Of a stretch of 64,000 nucleotides of DNA, positions 1 through 12,823 are shown piece by piece. The notes beneath the pieces were generated by a model. It was not told the DNA's origin, did not search any database, and saw only the letters and a list, made by a program, of their open reading frames with translations. This DNA is from Ramazzottius varieornatus (taxonomy: Eukaryota; Animalia; Tardigrada), in assembly GCA_001949185.1 (NCBI GenBank), contig BDGG01000002.1:1-64000 (forward strand), written 5' to 3'. Position numbers and translations under genes: made by a program. The stretch's first letter is position 1. Every line of letters starts with the position of its first letter.

Positions 1-410
1 TAATCATTCCTGCTAATTATTTTTGAGGATGGTGCGTTTATTTTGTATTTTGTAAATGAGTTTGAACGTCATATACAGAGGAAAGTCCTCCGCGCACTAT
101 TGTACAACCGCGAGGATGCCTCCCTGTACAGGCAAATGATCAAACCTCAAAACTTAGGACTCAGACACCGGAAACAACACGAAGAAGCTTTGCTGCCTGC
201 GTGCCGTCAGCTTAAACGGGCATAGCATGGGCTGGATGCCTCTTTCATTTGGCTCGGCGTGCCTGAAAGAAAGTGAGCAGAGTTTGGGTGAAACTACACC
301 GTATAAAAAGACAGCCGAAAATGTACAGAGATGGAGGAAGCACAAAGTGCAAAAAATGGTCGTTGCTACGTGGTGAACTGCCATTCATACCTTTCCGAAG
401 ATGCATCCCT

Positions 411-1809
411 TCATTCGTTCTTCGCAGCTTGCTCGAAGTGGTTGAAATCCTGTAAGAGACCAATGGTTTATCGGTAGGCCATGACTTATTCTTCCGAGAC
501 GACGTTCATTGGAAGAATGCAGTGACAATGGAGGACCGGTAATTTTCAGCGGTACTCGCACGCTTACAATTAGGATGCACATTGCGAGCAAAGTGGCTTT
601 GACGTTGACATCCAAGCCAAGCGGAAATGAAATCGCAAAGTTATCAGCGTCAGTCATGTACTCTTGCAAAAAGCCGCTCCACTGCTTTGTCACTTGTCCC
701 ACAACAGTCTTTCCATCCGGAGTCGTCACCTGCAAAAGCACAACATTATCCCACGTAGCTGCCAAATGATGCGTGTGTTCACAGTGAACTTCCATAGCCC
801 ATGTATGCTGTAGAGTCGTACCTGGAAGTCGACATTGCCTCCACAGGGCATCCAAGGTCCTTGGACGCGCAAAACTATCTCGTGCCGTGCGTTCAGTATT
901 CGGTACTTTGGTATTCCCACAATAGAAAACTCTTGCTCGATAAAGCCGATGGGGTTGCCGGGAGGCGCTTGCACTTCCATTCTCTGAATTAATGGTTAAT
1001 CTCCAGGAGATGTCAGCACTTGATACGGTGTTGACCAGAACGTACCTGCAGTCCAAAACAAGCGCAGTAACAGGCCTGACAGGCCCAAGGACGCGCAATA
1101 TGCATAACCTGTCTCTGCATATGGTCGTAGACACCCATCTCGAAGGGTCTCTCTTTGCCGAAGCAGCTTTGTGAGACATAGTCCTGCATCTCCGCTGCCA
1201 AATACATAAACTGCCCTTCCGCGTTGACGACCATGTACTTGTTGGCTTTCTCGAAGGCAATGAAAGCTGCCAAGAAATCACACTAGAGATTGACTTTGCA
1301 CAGCGACCGTAATCATACCGTAACCATACTGTGAAGCCGCGCGCATCAGCAGCATCAAGACTGGTTGATAATGGTTGTCGGTACTTACATTCAATCATGT
1401 GGACTTTTTGCCGGACGTGGATCTGATCCAGCGTCATGAGGTATTCCAGCCCAGGAGGACAACCAGGAACAGGGTGGGGCGCTGGCATAAAGTGCCATTG
1501 TCCAGAAGAAGCAGCAGCAGGCTGCTGCATGTGCGCGTGTCTGCCGGCCATGACAATCGGTAGCCCGGGAGGAGGTGCGAGCCAGTTTGATGTCGATGGG
1601 GGAATGGGCTGTTGAGCATAGCCGTAGGCAGGCATGGCTGCTGGAGGATCGACGTAAGGCGGCTGCTGGCTTTCTCCCCCATCGCCATACTGCACTTGTA
1701 CTTCCTCATCGTAGTTGGCCGCTGGAAGGCTGTAGGTAGGCCACACTTGTGCGCCCCTATTTCCAGACACGTCGTTGCCCACATCGGCGTCTCTTGAAAC
1801 TCTAGGCAT
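411..1809 (-). CDS. Phospholipid scramblase (PLSCR family), 5 exons
   Basis: Pro/Gln/Tyr-rich N-terminus, CPPGLEYLMTLDQIHVRQK, Cys cluster CQACYCAC, MEVQAPPGNPIGFIEQE, GQVTKQWSGFLQEYMTDADNFAISFPLGLDVNVKATLL. GT-AG introns join the frames; last exon DFNHFEQAAKNE* with stop at 411-413. Confidence 0.93.
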
Positions 1810-2356
1810 ACCTCGGACGAAGTACTACCACAAGAAGATAATATTAATCCATACAGCTCTCTCCCCTCGGCAAAAGAACCAAAGACGACAACTGCAGACA
1901 TGTTTACTCACCGGAAAAATTGCCAAGCAGAGCGCAAACCCAGCTTTCGTTGGTTGTCGAGTTCCGCGCCAGGTAGTAAATCCTGCGGCCTATATTTAGA
2001 ACTGCAATGTCGCTGCACAGGTCTGCAAATAACGTGGGGGACTTGCATGGGCCTCGCTCTTCGTCCCGATCGATGGTAAGCTTAGACCGAGCACGGTCAA
2101 AAATGGCGCATGTTGACGACCCATAACATTGCGATGTTAACCAGCCAATTGTGTGCCAACGACGTAATTTCCACATAAGATAACCACCAAAGCGCACTGA
2201 TGAACATTGATGATATCACTGTTATTTCCTGCCGAACATGCATGAGCTATCCTTCCTACGTCAAAGGGCCACAAAACAGTCTATGGGTGGTTGGGGGTGG
2301 AAATACCTCACAAACCTTCGCTGAAAGAAAGTATTGTGTCAGCAAAAAGTATCTTG

Positions 2357-3593
2357 TCAAACTTGCGATGGATAATGTTCTGAGCGAGAATGTGGATTAG
2401 TGCTTGACTTGCTCATGGCGTTTAGCAGTTGGCCCAGCCCGTCGAGTGTCTTGCTTATTAGGTGCAGCAAAGTTGTGTTGAAGGGCGTGGTGGCTTCTGC
2501 GGGTCTATCCCTGTCATTGTCATTAGAATGCAAATCTGCCACTGCATTAGGCCCGGCCGGATGCACCGAGGTCCCTCCTTGCGCATGAGCGGATTCCGAC
2601 GACGAACCGGAATGGGATGCGCCATCGCTATGAGGATCCAAGGGCAACAAAGTCAGGAGGCGGCTGCCTTTGTACAGACACCTCGACACCTCACCGGTCG
2701 CCACATCCGGGTCGGCGCTGCCCACAGCGAAGATGGCCATCACTTCCCTCTACAGGCAGACAATCAAGACGGTCAACATCAGCAACTTTTTCTTCCTCAA
2801 GTCTAGATGTATCATTTCCGGCATCAAGTTCTCTTGACTGCTTTGCCAGCTTACACTCTTATTGAGCTGGCCATTTACCGTAATGGGGTATTCGGTCGAC
2901 TGTAGGGCGCTAGAAATGAATGGTCGGACGGCGCGTAGAAGGGTATGGGTGGCGTTTTGACGACCGGAAATGAGCTGCCAGTCTTGTATGGCATCGGTCA
3001 GCAGGTCGACGCGTTGCTCTTCTCGATAAACTCGGATAAGTCGGTCCTATCCCCAAAGGAATAAGAGATTGATCAGCCCGGCTCTGCTGTTGGGAATGAG
3101 AGTGGTTATTGGATAGGAAGGAGGACAGTACCTGGGTGTAACAGGTTGCCGAGTTGATGGTTGGATGGAAGGAGGCCGTCGGCATGCGCGAAATAACCTT
3201 GTCCCATCCGGCCAGACTAGCCGGTATGTCGTTGCACCAGCCAAACATGACGCCGGACAAGTCCATCCGGCCGGTCGGACTCATACCAAAGGCCATCCAT
3301 CCTACAGTGCGCCCTTCCAGTTGCAGCAGGAAATGTGTGTCGTTGGAACCCCAGTAGGCCGACAGCAAGGCTTCTTGGGGACTGCCACGGCGACTCAACA
3401 GAACGGCCGAGTTGGTCAACGTCAGAGGTGCCCTCCTGGACCTTTGGCCCTCAAGCTGCGGGTTCCGAGTGGGACTAGCATGCCCAGAGCTCGAAGCAGG
3501 ACTGTGGTGCTGGCAGACCGCCGGACGCGAAAAGCAGCTGAAGTACAGGATCGCAGTGAACAGCGACCTCCACCGAGGACGCTGCATATGCAT
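2357..3593 (-). CDS. Secreted DOMON-domain protein without a monooxygenase domain, 3 exons
   Basis: Signal-peptide-like start; GRTVGWMAFGMSPTGRMD...FGW; spliced exon QDWQLISGRQNATHTLLRAVRPF; next exon IFAVGSADP...KGSRLLTLL. All match MOXD1/DBH-type DOMON motifs. Confidence 0.8.
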
Positions 3594-4650
3594 GTTATTC
3601 CAGCCACAGGTTACAGCTGCATGACGCTCAACAGCGACGCTCTTTATAAACCCCTTATACGTATGCCATCATGGCTTCCCCCGCTCTGGAAACAAGCTTG
3701 ATGCTTAATGCAGTATTCATATCAGGCATCACCAACCTCAAGCCATTTTCGTCTCTTTTCAACAACAGCCGCCATTCTTGGTACATTACGATGACTTACT
3801 CGTCCTTTGTTTGACCAGGTATGCAAGTAGGCAGTTTTGCTTTCGTCTGTACAGAGGGCCAATTTTTGCTGAACGCATAATAGAGCAGGAATGTCAACGG
3901 TTGCCCAAGCTGCAGTGAAGCGCCAGAAACACGCGGAAGGGGACAGCTATTGTGGCGCAGCTGCTGAAAAAGCGGAAGAACCCAGCGTCAAGTACCAAAT
4001 CTTGGCTCATAAACAGTCAGCGACTCACGGTGTCTCGGCTTCCCCCGGTTCTGAAACGTGTGGATCTTTGCGACGGCGGAGTGGGAGACTTGATGAACAC
4101 TGCAGCTGCAATAAGGAAAAAACATTAATAGTAGTGGCGGCAGTAAGCTTGGTCGAATGAGCTCCCTTCCGGTTTGCCATCACTGCAAATATTGTGTCGT
4201 CGAAATCTCGTTAGCAGTAAGCACTACAGGTTCCGAACTTTCGAGCTCGCCTTCGGTAATTTAATCCTAACCGTCGAGACCTGGTTGAAGTCTCCTGGAT
4301 GAAGCCATAGCTGGGATTGCGCCATGGTGTCTCGCATCCGATTCATCCTTGCCGATGCGAGCTGAGCCGAGCTGCCCGTCATGACTTTCTGTCCCTCTAC
4401 GTTTCGGTACGAGCATCATTTTGCTTACGTGTTCCGAGATTCAGGGTGGCATCCCAAAGGAACGAACTAGACACGGGTCAACATCTGCAATCCCTTCAGA
4501 CGTTGACCAAAGTTATGCTAAATCAACGTCGGGATATCACGTCATCAACAATACAACCAAAACAGAAGAAAACTAGCGCCAATACGCGGCAAACCGACTG
4601 GTCCCACAGAGAAAATGGTGACATCTTCCAATTTTCTAGAGCTCTGAAAT

Positions 4651-5520
4651 TAGTGATGTTCTAATATAGTAATATTTTATTAAAGTAGATGGTTTTAGCA
4701 TCTACTATATTTAGTAATATTTAGTAAACAGGTTCGGGCACCGGAACCCGATATTTATATTTTAGTAGTTCGAAACTGAGGTTCGATATTTTCTTAGTAT
4801 TAAGTCGTCCATCGTCTGTATCAAAATAAATTTTAATAAAAGCAACACAGCCATTGATTCGAAAAAACGGCGAATTTGCTAAATTCTGATGAGTGTGCGC
4901 TGTTTATGTGGTGTGCGAACACGCCTCAAGAGGTGCACTAGATCCCAACGAAGCCTCTACACCTGTAAAGTAGGGTTATTGCAGACCTTCTGCTTACATC
5001 ATGCACCTACATACAGTGTGGCACGCTGTCCCGCCGTGTCGCACAGTACAGGTGCAGGATGCAAGATGGGGTACGGGTACTGATAATGCCAGTGATACNN
5101 NNNNNNNNNNNNNNNNNNNNNNNNNNNNNNNNNNNNNNNNNNNNNNNNTCACTGGAGAAGCGAAATGGCGTAGAAACACTTGTTGCAAGTGTACGAGGTA
5201 AACAGCTGGTTGCACCGGAAGTACCAATCAAGGTCTTTGATTGTACCGCCTTACGACCCCGCCCGGATTGTCGATTGATTGATTTGCCACTTTTACAACA
5301 ATATTTCGGCAATGGTACTGAATGCCGCGATCTGCCGTTGAGTTCTCCGATATTAAAATATATTTTAATACCGAAGCCACAGAAGTGCTACTATAGTAAT
5401 ATTTTATTAAGTTAGGCGAAGGTTTTACTGTATTAATTCCAAGTTAGTAAGACTTTGGTGGACGGCGGATATTTATTTTTATAATATTAGATGTCGTTAT
5501 TCCATATTAGAACATCACTA
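4651..5520. mobile_element. hAT-type MITE, family A copy 1
   Basis: 17-bp TIR TAGTGATGTTCTAATAT / ATATTAGAACATCACTA; perfect 8-bp TSD TCTGAAAT at 4643-4650 and 5521-5528; AT-rich, contains an assembly gap. Confidence 0.92.
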
Positions 5521-5529
5521 TCTGAAATG

Positions 5530-6042
5530 CAGTGTTGCTCCGATCATTACAACTGATAAATGAAGATGACCAAAAACGACCGGTTTTGGATTCCAATATG
5601 ACAATTGAAATTGGGAATCCCAGGCAGGACAACTTTAATATTAATTAGAATTCCGAAAAGGGAAGAAATTATAATTGGTAATCAAAACGAAGAAAATGGT
5701 TTTTCAAATTATTGAATTTGCGCCCTAAAGCGCGGTAAAACGCACGTGGGTGTACCAAGTGTCGGAGTTTCTGGGTGTCTTTAGCGCTTGATTGGATGGA
5801 CATGTGTGCCTATGTGTATATCGCGCGACGGAGAAAGGCACGAGGCTTACAATTTTCTTTTTCAAATCACGCGCGGTGCATCGATGTACACGCGAAGTTC
5901 AACCCCGGTCCCGATATGTTCCCCCACTAATTATTAATTCAGTTGACCTGGGTCTCAGATAACTGAAGTTGCTGCCGCTCGAAGTATTTCGATTAATAGT
6001 AATTGCAATTAGAATCGAAAAAGTCATATTGGAGCAACACCG
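5530..6042. mobile_element. hAT-type MITE (CAGTGTTGCTCC termini)
   Basis: TIR CAGTGTTGCTCC / GGAGCAACACCG; flanks CTGAAATG / CTGGAATG (7/8 TSD match). Confidence 0.8.
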
Positions 6043-6090
6043 CTGGAATGTAGGAAGATGTTTTTCCCGATGCAGATAAGAATATTTTCG

Positions 6091-6918
6091 CAGCGATGGA
6101 CGGGTGATTTACCCAGGGACTTAATCAAAACACAGAGCGGCTTCGCAATATCAAATACCACCCAACGTAGGAACGGCAACATAGATTGAGTTCAATCTCG
6201 ATCAATATAGAGATTGATTTGCCAATCCCGTTCACTTTGCAACTGTAGCTACGGCCTTGTTCCGCCCCTTTCGTGACATGTAACTACATTTTGCTTTCCG
6301 GAGCTCACCTTATTTTCGGAAAATAGCGTAATCGGAGTCACGGTTAGGTAGCATTGGGAAGCATGGTGGCTGCCCAACTATTCAAAGTTCTGATCAGCTG
6401 CTGCGCTTATGAGTGACGTTGCAACTCATCTTAGCTACAGTGGGTCTTTCATCTGGCGGTGGCAACTTAATGTCTGTAATATTTCTTTTACGGAAATACC
6501 GTTCCCACGGACGTTCGAAGACTGAGTTTCCTGTTTGGTAGAGGTAGGGTTCACGCACTGATGACGAAATTTTCCTGTTGCACTGGTTCTTGGCGAGTCG
6601 TAAGTGACAATCCCCTGATTTTGGATGCTGTCCTACCTGTGAGATATGACAATTGCGTCTTCTGCAACCGAACAGCGTTTCTGCATGAGACTACTGACCA
6701 TACACTGCGCACCATCATCAGCACATCGACGTCCGGTTATGGCTTGAGGTGGTCAAGTAATCAAACGCGTGTCTGATCAGCTGATCGGTCACATGCGAAC
6801 AGCATAGCGAGCAGCCCCGTGTACACACGTACCGTCCGGAACCGAAATCGGGCGTTCGAACTGTCACATCTCACAGGTGGGACTGTATTGAGCTGGGTGA
6901 ATCACCTGTCCATCGCTG
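6091..6918. mobile_element. hAT-type non-autonomous element, family B
   Basis: 26-bp TIR CAGCGATGGACGGGTGATTTACCCAG / CTGGGTGAATCACCTGTCCATCGCTG; left end homologous to 52145-52200; TSD TATTTTCG / TATTTCTG (6/8). Confidence 0.85.
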
Positions 6919-7100
6919 TATTTCTGCATTTGATGATTCGTAAAAAGATAGACCATACTGTAACTTGATTCCCTAACCTTTGGCGTATCTATTCTTCTTC
7001 CCTCTACGGCGGCTGCTGAGTCATTCCGCATTTTGGCACGCCGTTGCTTGCAGAGCGCAAAGTCCGAGTACTACTGCAGCTCCACAGCAGCTTCGGACGT

Positions 7101-7771
7101 TATTAATGTTCTAATATGGGTTAATTAGATCTAATATAATAAAAATAAATATCTCCCGTTCATCAAAGTTCTAATAAGTGAACACTAATGTAGCAAAACG
7201 TCTACCTGATTTAATAAAATATTACTATAGTAGAACTTTCTGGGGTTTGCTATTAGAATATATTTTAATATTGAAGAGCTCGACGGAAGATCTGAAGATT
7301 CAGAATCACCACCATCAGATCAGCAAAAATACTGTAGTAAAGCTTGCACCCTGCACCTGCACACTGTAACATGGCCGGTTGAAGTGTCAGACTGTATGCA
7401 GGTGCACGATGTTTAAGGGTATCTATTTTGCAGTCGCCCTACTGTGCTTCTGTGGAGGCATTAGTATGGTGTGGCGCACTTTATAAGGCGTGGTCGCATA
7501 TCGAGAAACTAACGCACACGCATCGGAACTCAGAAAATCAACCAGTGTTTTCGAATCAGCGGTAGCGTTACCCGTATTAAAATATATTTTACTAGATGAT
7601 GGACAACTTAGTAATGATAAAATATCGAACTTCCGGCTTCAAGCTACTAAAATACAAATATTGGAATGCGGTGCCCAGTTCTGTTTACTAAATATTACTG
7701 AATATAGTAGATGCTCAAACCATCTACTATCATCTACTTTAATATAATATTACTGTATTAGAACATCACTG
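7101..7771. mobile_element. hAT-type MITE, family A copy 2, inverted relative to copy 1
   Basis: Reverse-complement homologue of 4651-5520; ends TATTAATGTTCTAATAT / GTATTAGAACATCACTG; TSD TCGGACGT / TCGGACGG (7/8). Confidence 0.88.
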
Positions 7772-7836
7772 TCGGACGGGTGATCTAGCCAGCCGAATAT
7801 CTATTGCGTAGTTAACTCGTGCAACCCGCCACAAAC

Positions 7837-8277
7837 TAGAGCACTGGGCCGCAGGTTCAAAATTACGCAGCAACTGTGCTGCGCACGCTACCAGGTCGCT
7901 GTACGCTGCGTTGTGCTGCACAACTTTCATGCGCAGTGGCTAGGCAGCTGCGCTGCAGATGCACATGGACCTGTTGCAACTGCGCTGCACGCTGATGAAC
8001 TGAATTTCGTTATAGTATTGTCAGCAAAATGGGTAGTCCATCGGGAACACGTGGCCATACGGTACGGCAAAACTCAGATGCCTGAAACTCGAATACCCAA
8101 AAGTACCAATTTTTGTTAAGTGTTGGTCCGTGGATCTGCGCGGCAGTCTTCGGCTTCCTGCTGCATGCTGTGCTGTGCTGTGCTGCACAAATTTTGTCGA
8201 TTTCTGTACTGTAGCTGTGCTGCAGCACAGCACAGCTGCAGTGCAGTACAGCGCATGCGGCCAGATTCCGTGCTCTA
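7837..8277. mobile_element. hAT-type MITE with GTGCTGCA-like subterminal repeats
   Basis: TIR TAGAGCAC / GTGCTCTA; TSD CCACAAAC / GCACAAAC (7/8); many TGCTGCA/TGCAGCA motifs in both arms. Confidence 0.8.
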
Positions 8278-8644
8278 GCACAAACCGGGGGAACTGGCAA
8301 CTGAGTCATGAATGCGGAAATCCTATTTTTCCTAGTCAGGAGACTTAGCGCTCGAACGACATCTAAATCGGGTTTTCCACGACTGAGAAAATATCAGTCG
8401 ATTGATTGATTGATTGCCGTTTTCGAGTTAGGCTGTGCTTGATCTTGGAGAGCTGTTCTGTGTTTATGGTACGTCACTGTCTAAATCACCCGTCCAACGC
8501 TGCTCTACAGTGCGGAAAATTCCGAACCTGATCGGGATTCAAATCTATTCACAGATCGCCAGAAGTCTTTTTATCGCATTGGGCTGAATTCTATTGGATA
8601 TTTGGGGGTTTGATCTTGCTTGAGTTGCCTTTGCAGGCTGCAAG

Positions 8645-8944
8645 ATGAGGTTGAGTCTGTTGCAGTGGCAGAAGGATGCGTCCAACAGCACGGGACCAGC
8701 CAAGAGTACGGTCAACAAGATGAACTCGCAGATGGGCAGCAAGACGGGAGGCATGTCGCCGATGGTGATGGCGCTGGGAGCAGCCGCCCTGGCTGGAGGC
8801 CTATACTACTACTTCTGGTATATCCCCAGCGGACAGAAGGCCATGGTGGCCATCAAGGACGAAGCAGACAAGCTGAAGCATCCCGAACGAGTGGAGCGGG
8901 AGAACCGGGAGCATGCGCGCGATGCTGCCGCTGGCCGACGCTGA
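8645..8944 (+). CDS. Small single-pass membrane protein (99 aa), unknown function
   Basis: Clean ORF after an acceptor-like TTTGCAG; hydrophobic segment MVMALGAAALAGGLYYYFWYIP; charged helical C-terminus; GC3-rich codons like neighbouring genes. Confidence 0.65.
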   Translation: MRLSLLQWQKDASNSTGPAKSTVNKMNSQMGSKTGGMSPMVMALGAAALAGGLYYYFWYIPSGQKAMVAIKDEADKLKHPERVERENREHARDAAAGRR

Positions 8945-9845
8945 TGCAAGACCATCCTCATCAAGCAGGTTCAATTTTGCTGTTCAGCCATTTTTTCTAA
9001 GATTACTCGTGTTCCCTTTTGTCTTTACCTGTTTGTGAGACGCCTTGGTGCCCAAGGCTTTCGATTCTTGCAGATGTTTGGTTGTGTCTACCTTGATGAC
9101 GTGATGATAGCGCTTGGCCGCTGCTTGAATGGCAGATAAAATAGTATGCTTGAATGTCTGTTGCAGATTCTCCTGGCGCCTCTGGGCAGTAACTCCTGAC
9201 GTTGCTCTGGATGCCGAAGGGGGACGAGGAACGGGAGGTGATGAGGAGGATGCAACTGGTGAGGGAAGATTTAGCTGATAGCCTCCTTGGTGAATCCCAC
9301 TCCGACAAGCTACATCTCACAGTTTCTTCACCTGAAGGCGTGTATGACGTCACCGGAAGTGTGAAACTTTTGGCCCTTGGCTCTTCCCGCGCTTAACAGG
9401 AGGCACAATTGGTCGAGCCTCTCGTAGCTGCTGCCAAAGGTATCACGGACTTTGCGGTTCAGTTTATGTTGGTTCACGTCTTATCAGAAAGAGGAGCCTA
9501 GGCTGGCCGATTATGTCGGTTATCAGGAGGAAGTGCCGTCGATAGAAGGATAGCGCGTAAAGCAGATAAGTAAAGTCTACGGCTACTTTGCCGCCCCGGA
9601 TACGAAACAAGCGTTGGACAGGACTTAGTGATGACTTGAGAAACGCCGAGCGAGGGCAGCATCATGCTTGACTGTTCCGTGGCAGAAAGGCTCCTTTGTT
9701 GGAGCAGGCTTTGGCGGAGTCTTCCTTCTGCTGGGCACTTTACCGAATAGTGTCTGGGATTGTCTTCCGCGGTCTGGGATCTTGACGGGCACATCCTTCC
9801 TTCAGCGAGCCTTGGCGAGAGGTCCTTGCTTGCTTTCATCGCTGC

Positions 9846-11942
9846 ATGATGGAGGAGAAGAAGGCAGTGGTGAGCGGTACTATCGACGACCTGCTGGACA
9901 GCATCCAGGGATCCAAGCGCTAATATCGCTTGGTCATTTACTTCGTTTTGTTTCCACCGGCCTTCGCTTGCTCCTTCATCTCGGTATCGTGGATAAGTGG
10001 AAGATTTATACTCATTTCCAAGTGTTTTCCGCATGGCCTTTCTCCATACCTATCCGTTCTTTTGCATGTACTCGTAGTTGTTCGTCATTGCTACTCCTTC
10101 TTCATACTGGTGCAACATCCCGCTGCTAAACCTGTCGGTCCTTTTCGAGGAAGAGTGGCGCAAAGTGCTGCTGCCTCCAGCTAAAGATGGTAGCGGTCCT
10201 TCCAAATGCCAGGTCTACGCTGTCAACTACAGTCAGCTCCTTCGGCAATCCACTGACACCCTCTCTCCCCAAGCTGTCCAAATGCACCTCAATGCCAGCA
10301 ACTACACCTTGCCCACCCAAGGCTGCACTTCGTGGACTTTCGACAAGTCTGTCTACCACGACACCATCGTCACGGACTGGAACCTGGTCTGCCAACGAGA
10401 TTACATGCCCACCCTGGTCTACGTTATTGGTTCCATCGCATCCATGGTGAGTGGGCGTGACGTAAGACTGGCCGCCAACGGTGGCTGTTAAGTTCGAGCT
10501 CAGGCTTTTATGGCTTTACAGATTGGAACGCCATTAGGAGGCTACTTGGCCGATCGCTTCGGTCGTAAAGTCACCTTTCAGATATATCTGCTGTCATTAC
10601 TGCTCTTTGGCTTCAGTACAACCTTGGCACCCAAGACCGACGGTATCAGCGGCTTTTGGGTCTTTGCTTGCCTGGTACTGCCCCACTTTACCTTTGTCTA
10701 TCCCAGCTACCTCATTTCCTCCACTCTGGGCTTGGAGATTATCACCTCGGACTTGCGCGCACCTTTCTACGCTCTGCTGACCGTCGTTTACTCCCTGGGG
10801 TAAATGGGCCCTCTTTTCTTGTCACATTCTCCTTCTGAGCAGCAAGTTATCTTGCAGGGCAGTCTCCTTCACCTTGGTTGCCTATCTCTTCCGTTCTTGG
10901 CGCAGCATGATGCTAGGCACGTTGCTTCCCTTCACTACCTTCGGCTTTTGCTGGTTCGTCATGCCGGAAAGTCCGCGATGGCTGTTGAGTCGGCAGTCGC
11001 GCTTTCCCGCGCTGCGACGTTTTCAGCGTAGAGCGTCGGAGGAGGAGGAGGTTAAGACCCAAAGTCAGCTGACGTACTCGGACCTCTTGCGACGACCGAC
11101 CATCCGTTGGAGGACCCTGTTGATGACCATCATGGCCTTCAGCGTCCAGATGGTGTACTATGGACTCAACTTCTTTGCACCCAGGCTGGATGGCACCAAT
11201 CCCTAGCTCAGCTTTTGTCTGTCCAACCTGATGGAAATTCCGGCTGCGGCGCTGATACAGCTGGTCTGTGACCGACTTGGACGGAGGCTGACTTTGATGA
11301 CCATCATGGCCTTCAGCGGAGATCAGCATCTGCAGCGGCCATGATTGCTCATTGGCCTTGTCAACTTCAGCTTCTTTTCTCTTAGCGTAGGTACTGTCTG
11401 CTTGAGCACACTGGCTCTTCCAAGGCAGGCGCCCTTCGCCGCCATCTTGATACTCTTCCTGGTGGCCAAGCTCTTTGTCACGGCGGCCTACACCGTCGAA
11501 GAGCTGCTAGTCAACGAGCTGCTGCCGACGGTTATTCGGGCCAAAGGTATAGCTCTGGTCAGCTTTACCGGCACCCTGGGGGCCAACGTTGGACCATCAC
11601 CATCTACGTCGCTGGCAATGTCCCCAACATGGAATACTTCTGCCTGGTCATCTTCGGCTCAATTATGATCTTTGCCAGCATTTGCACGCTTTTCCTACCG
11701 GAAACGACCGACCGACCGCTACGTACACTGCCTTAATTCTTTCCTCTTATCACTCGCTGTCCATCATCCCACCACCTTACGATACATCGTTGCGTCTTCT
11801 AGTGTTCTACCAGAGACATTTGAGGACTGCGAGAAGGAAGAAAAAATTCTTTGGCGACCTCTTCGAAGAGGTGGCTCAAAGCTACAAGACCAGGCTTTAT
11901 GACTTTGTCCAAATGCAACAGACGAGAAAGTTCGGCAGCTGA
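9846..11942 (+). pseudogene. SLC22/organic cation transporter-like MFS, disrupted
   Basis: Motifs DDLL, WCNIP, TIVTDWNLVC, GYLADRFGRK, MPESPRWLL, DRLGRR, ELLPTVIRAKG, FLPET. In-frame TAA 9921-9923 and TAG 11204-11206, first donor reads ATAAGT, and frameshifts near the 3' end. Confidence 0.85.
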
Positions 11943-11993
11943 GAGTAAGTCTTAATAAGTATTGTAAATGGCCGTTACGTTAAACTTTGCTTC

Positions 11994-12823
11994 TCAAAGG
12001 CTGATATAGCTGCAGAGACAGAGTAATATGAGAATGGTAGAGGCCGGTAGAGCGGTAAATGTCAATGATATTTTCGAGCTGTCATTACAGACATCCCTGT
12101 CGTTGCAAACGAAGAGCTCACCCGGTCCGTAGCTCAAGAAGCCACCACGAATGCCACTAACTTTCCCACTGACGGCCATGTTTTCCTTGATGGCATAATC
12201 CCCGGACCCGGCGGTGGGTTCTAAGAGGCCGCTGGTCTGAAAGATACCTCTGACGGCAGGGTCAGTGCTGTAGGCATTCTCGTCGAAGCATCCTCTCGAT
12301 ACAACTGGCCACACACAAAAGAAAGTCTATAACCGACTTTTCTCCTGCTAATGAACAGATACTTACCGCCATTGATGCTTTGATTGTAACGGACCACCAG
12401 GGAACCCGTGTACTTGTAGCAGGCGCGGCAGTATTTGATTGTGGTGGTGCTACTGTTGTACAAGTCTCTGAAAGATACCTTGGCTCGTCGACAATCATGA
12501 AGACGATGTTGCGCTTGACTTACGGACAGTTTGCATAATCCTTGACAGGGACATTGGCAAAGACGTTGCTTTTGCAGACGTAACAGCGCACTACACCGAT
12601 GTCCTGAGCACCAATGAAAACTAGGAAGAAGTCATTTGTCTTTATATACCGCACTTGGTGTTTGCAGATCGCACCTTGTCCTCCAGTGAAGCAATCATTC
12701 AACCTTACCTGCAGCACTATGTACGAGGAGTATGATGAAGATGATCCACAGGTGAAGAGAGCCTTTCCAGAAGAGTACGTACCTCCATGGCTGCCGTCCG
12801 ATGCAGACCATGGTGCAGACCAT
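11994..12823 (-). CDS. Ly6/uPAR three-finger-like (Quiver/Sleepless-type) probably GPI-anchored protein, 4 exons
   Basis: Hydrophobic signal exon (LWIIFIILLVHSAA), VRCYVC...NCP, YCRACYKY, VSRGC, VCNDRDVCN, then a hydrophobic C-terminal tail; intron phases are consistent. Confidence 0.8.

Larger units (their letters stand above)
7088..8502. mobile_element. hAT-type element, family B, inverted, carrying two nested MITEs
   Basis: Left TIR CAGCTTCGGACG-[insertion]-GGTGATCTAGCCAGCC; right TIR CTAAATCACCCGTCCAACGCTG; TSD CTCCACAG / CTCTACAG (7/8). The reverse complement of 8350-8502 aligns to 16959-17105. Confidence 0.82.

Noticed and set aside
9344-9362. CRE plus ETS-like motif TGACGTCACCGGAAGTG, with similar sites near 40474 and 51547
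   Set aside because: Short motifs occur by chance and there is no TSS evidence.
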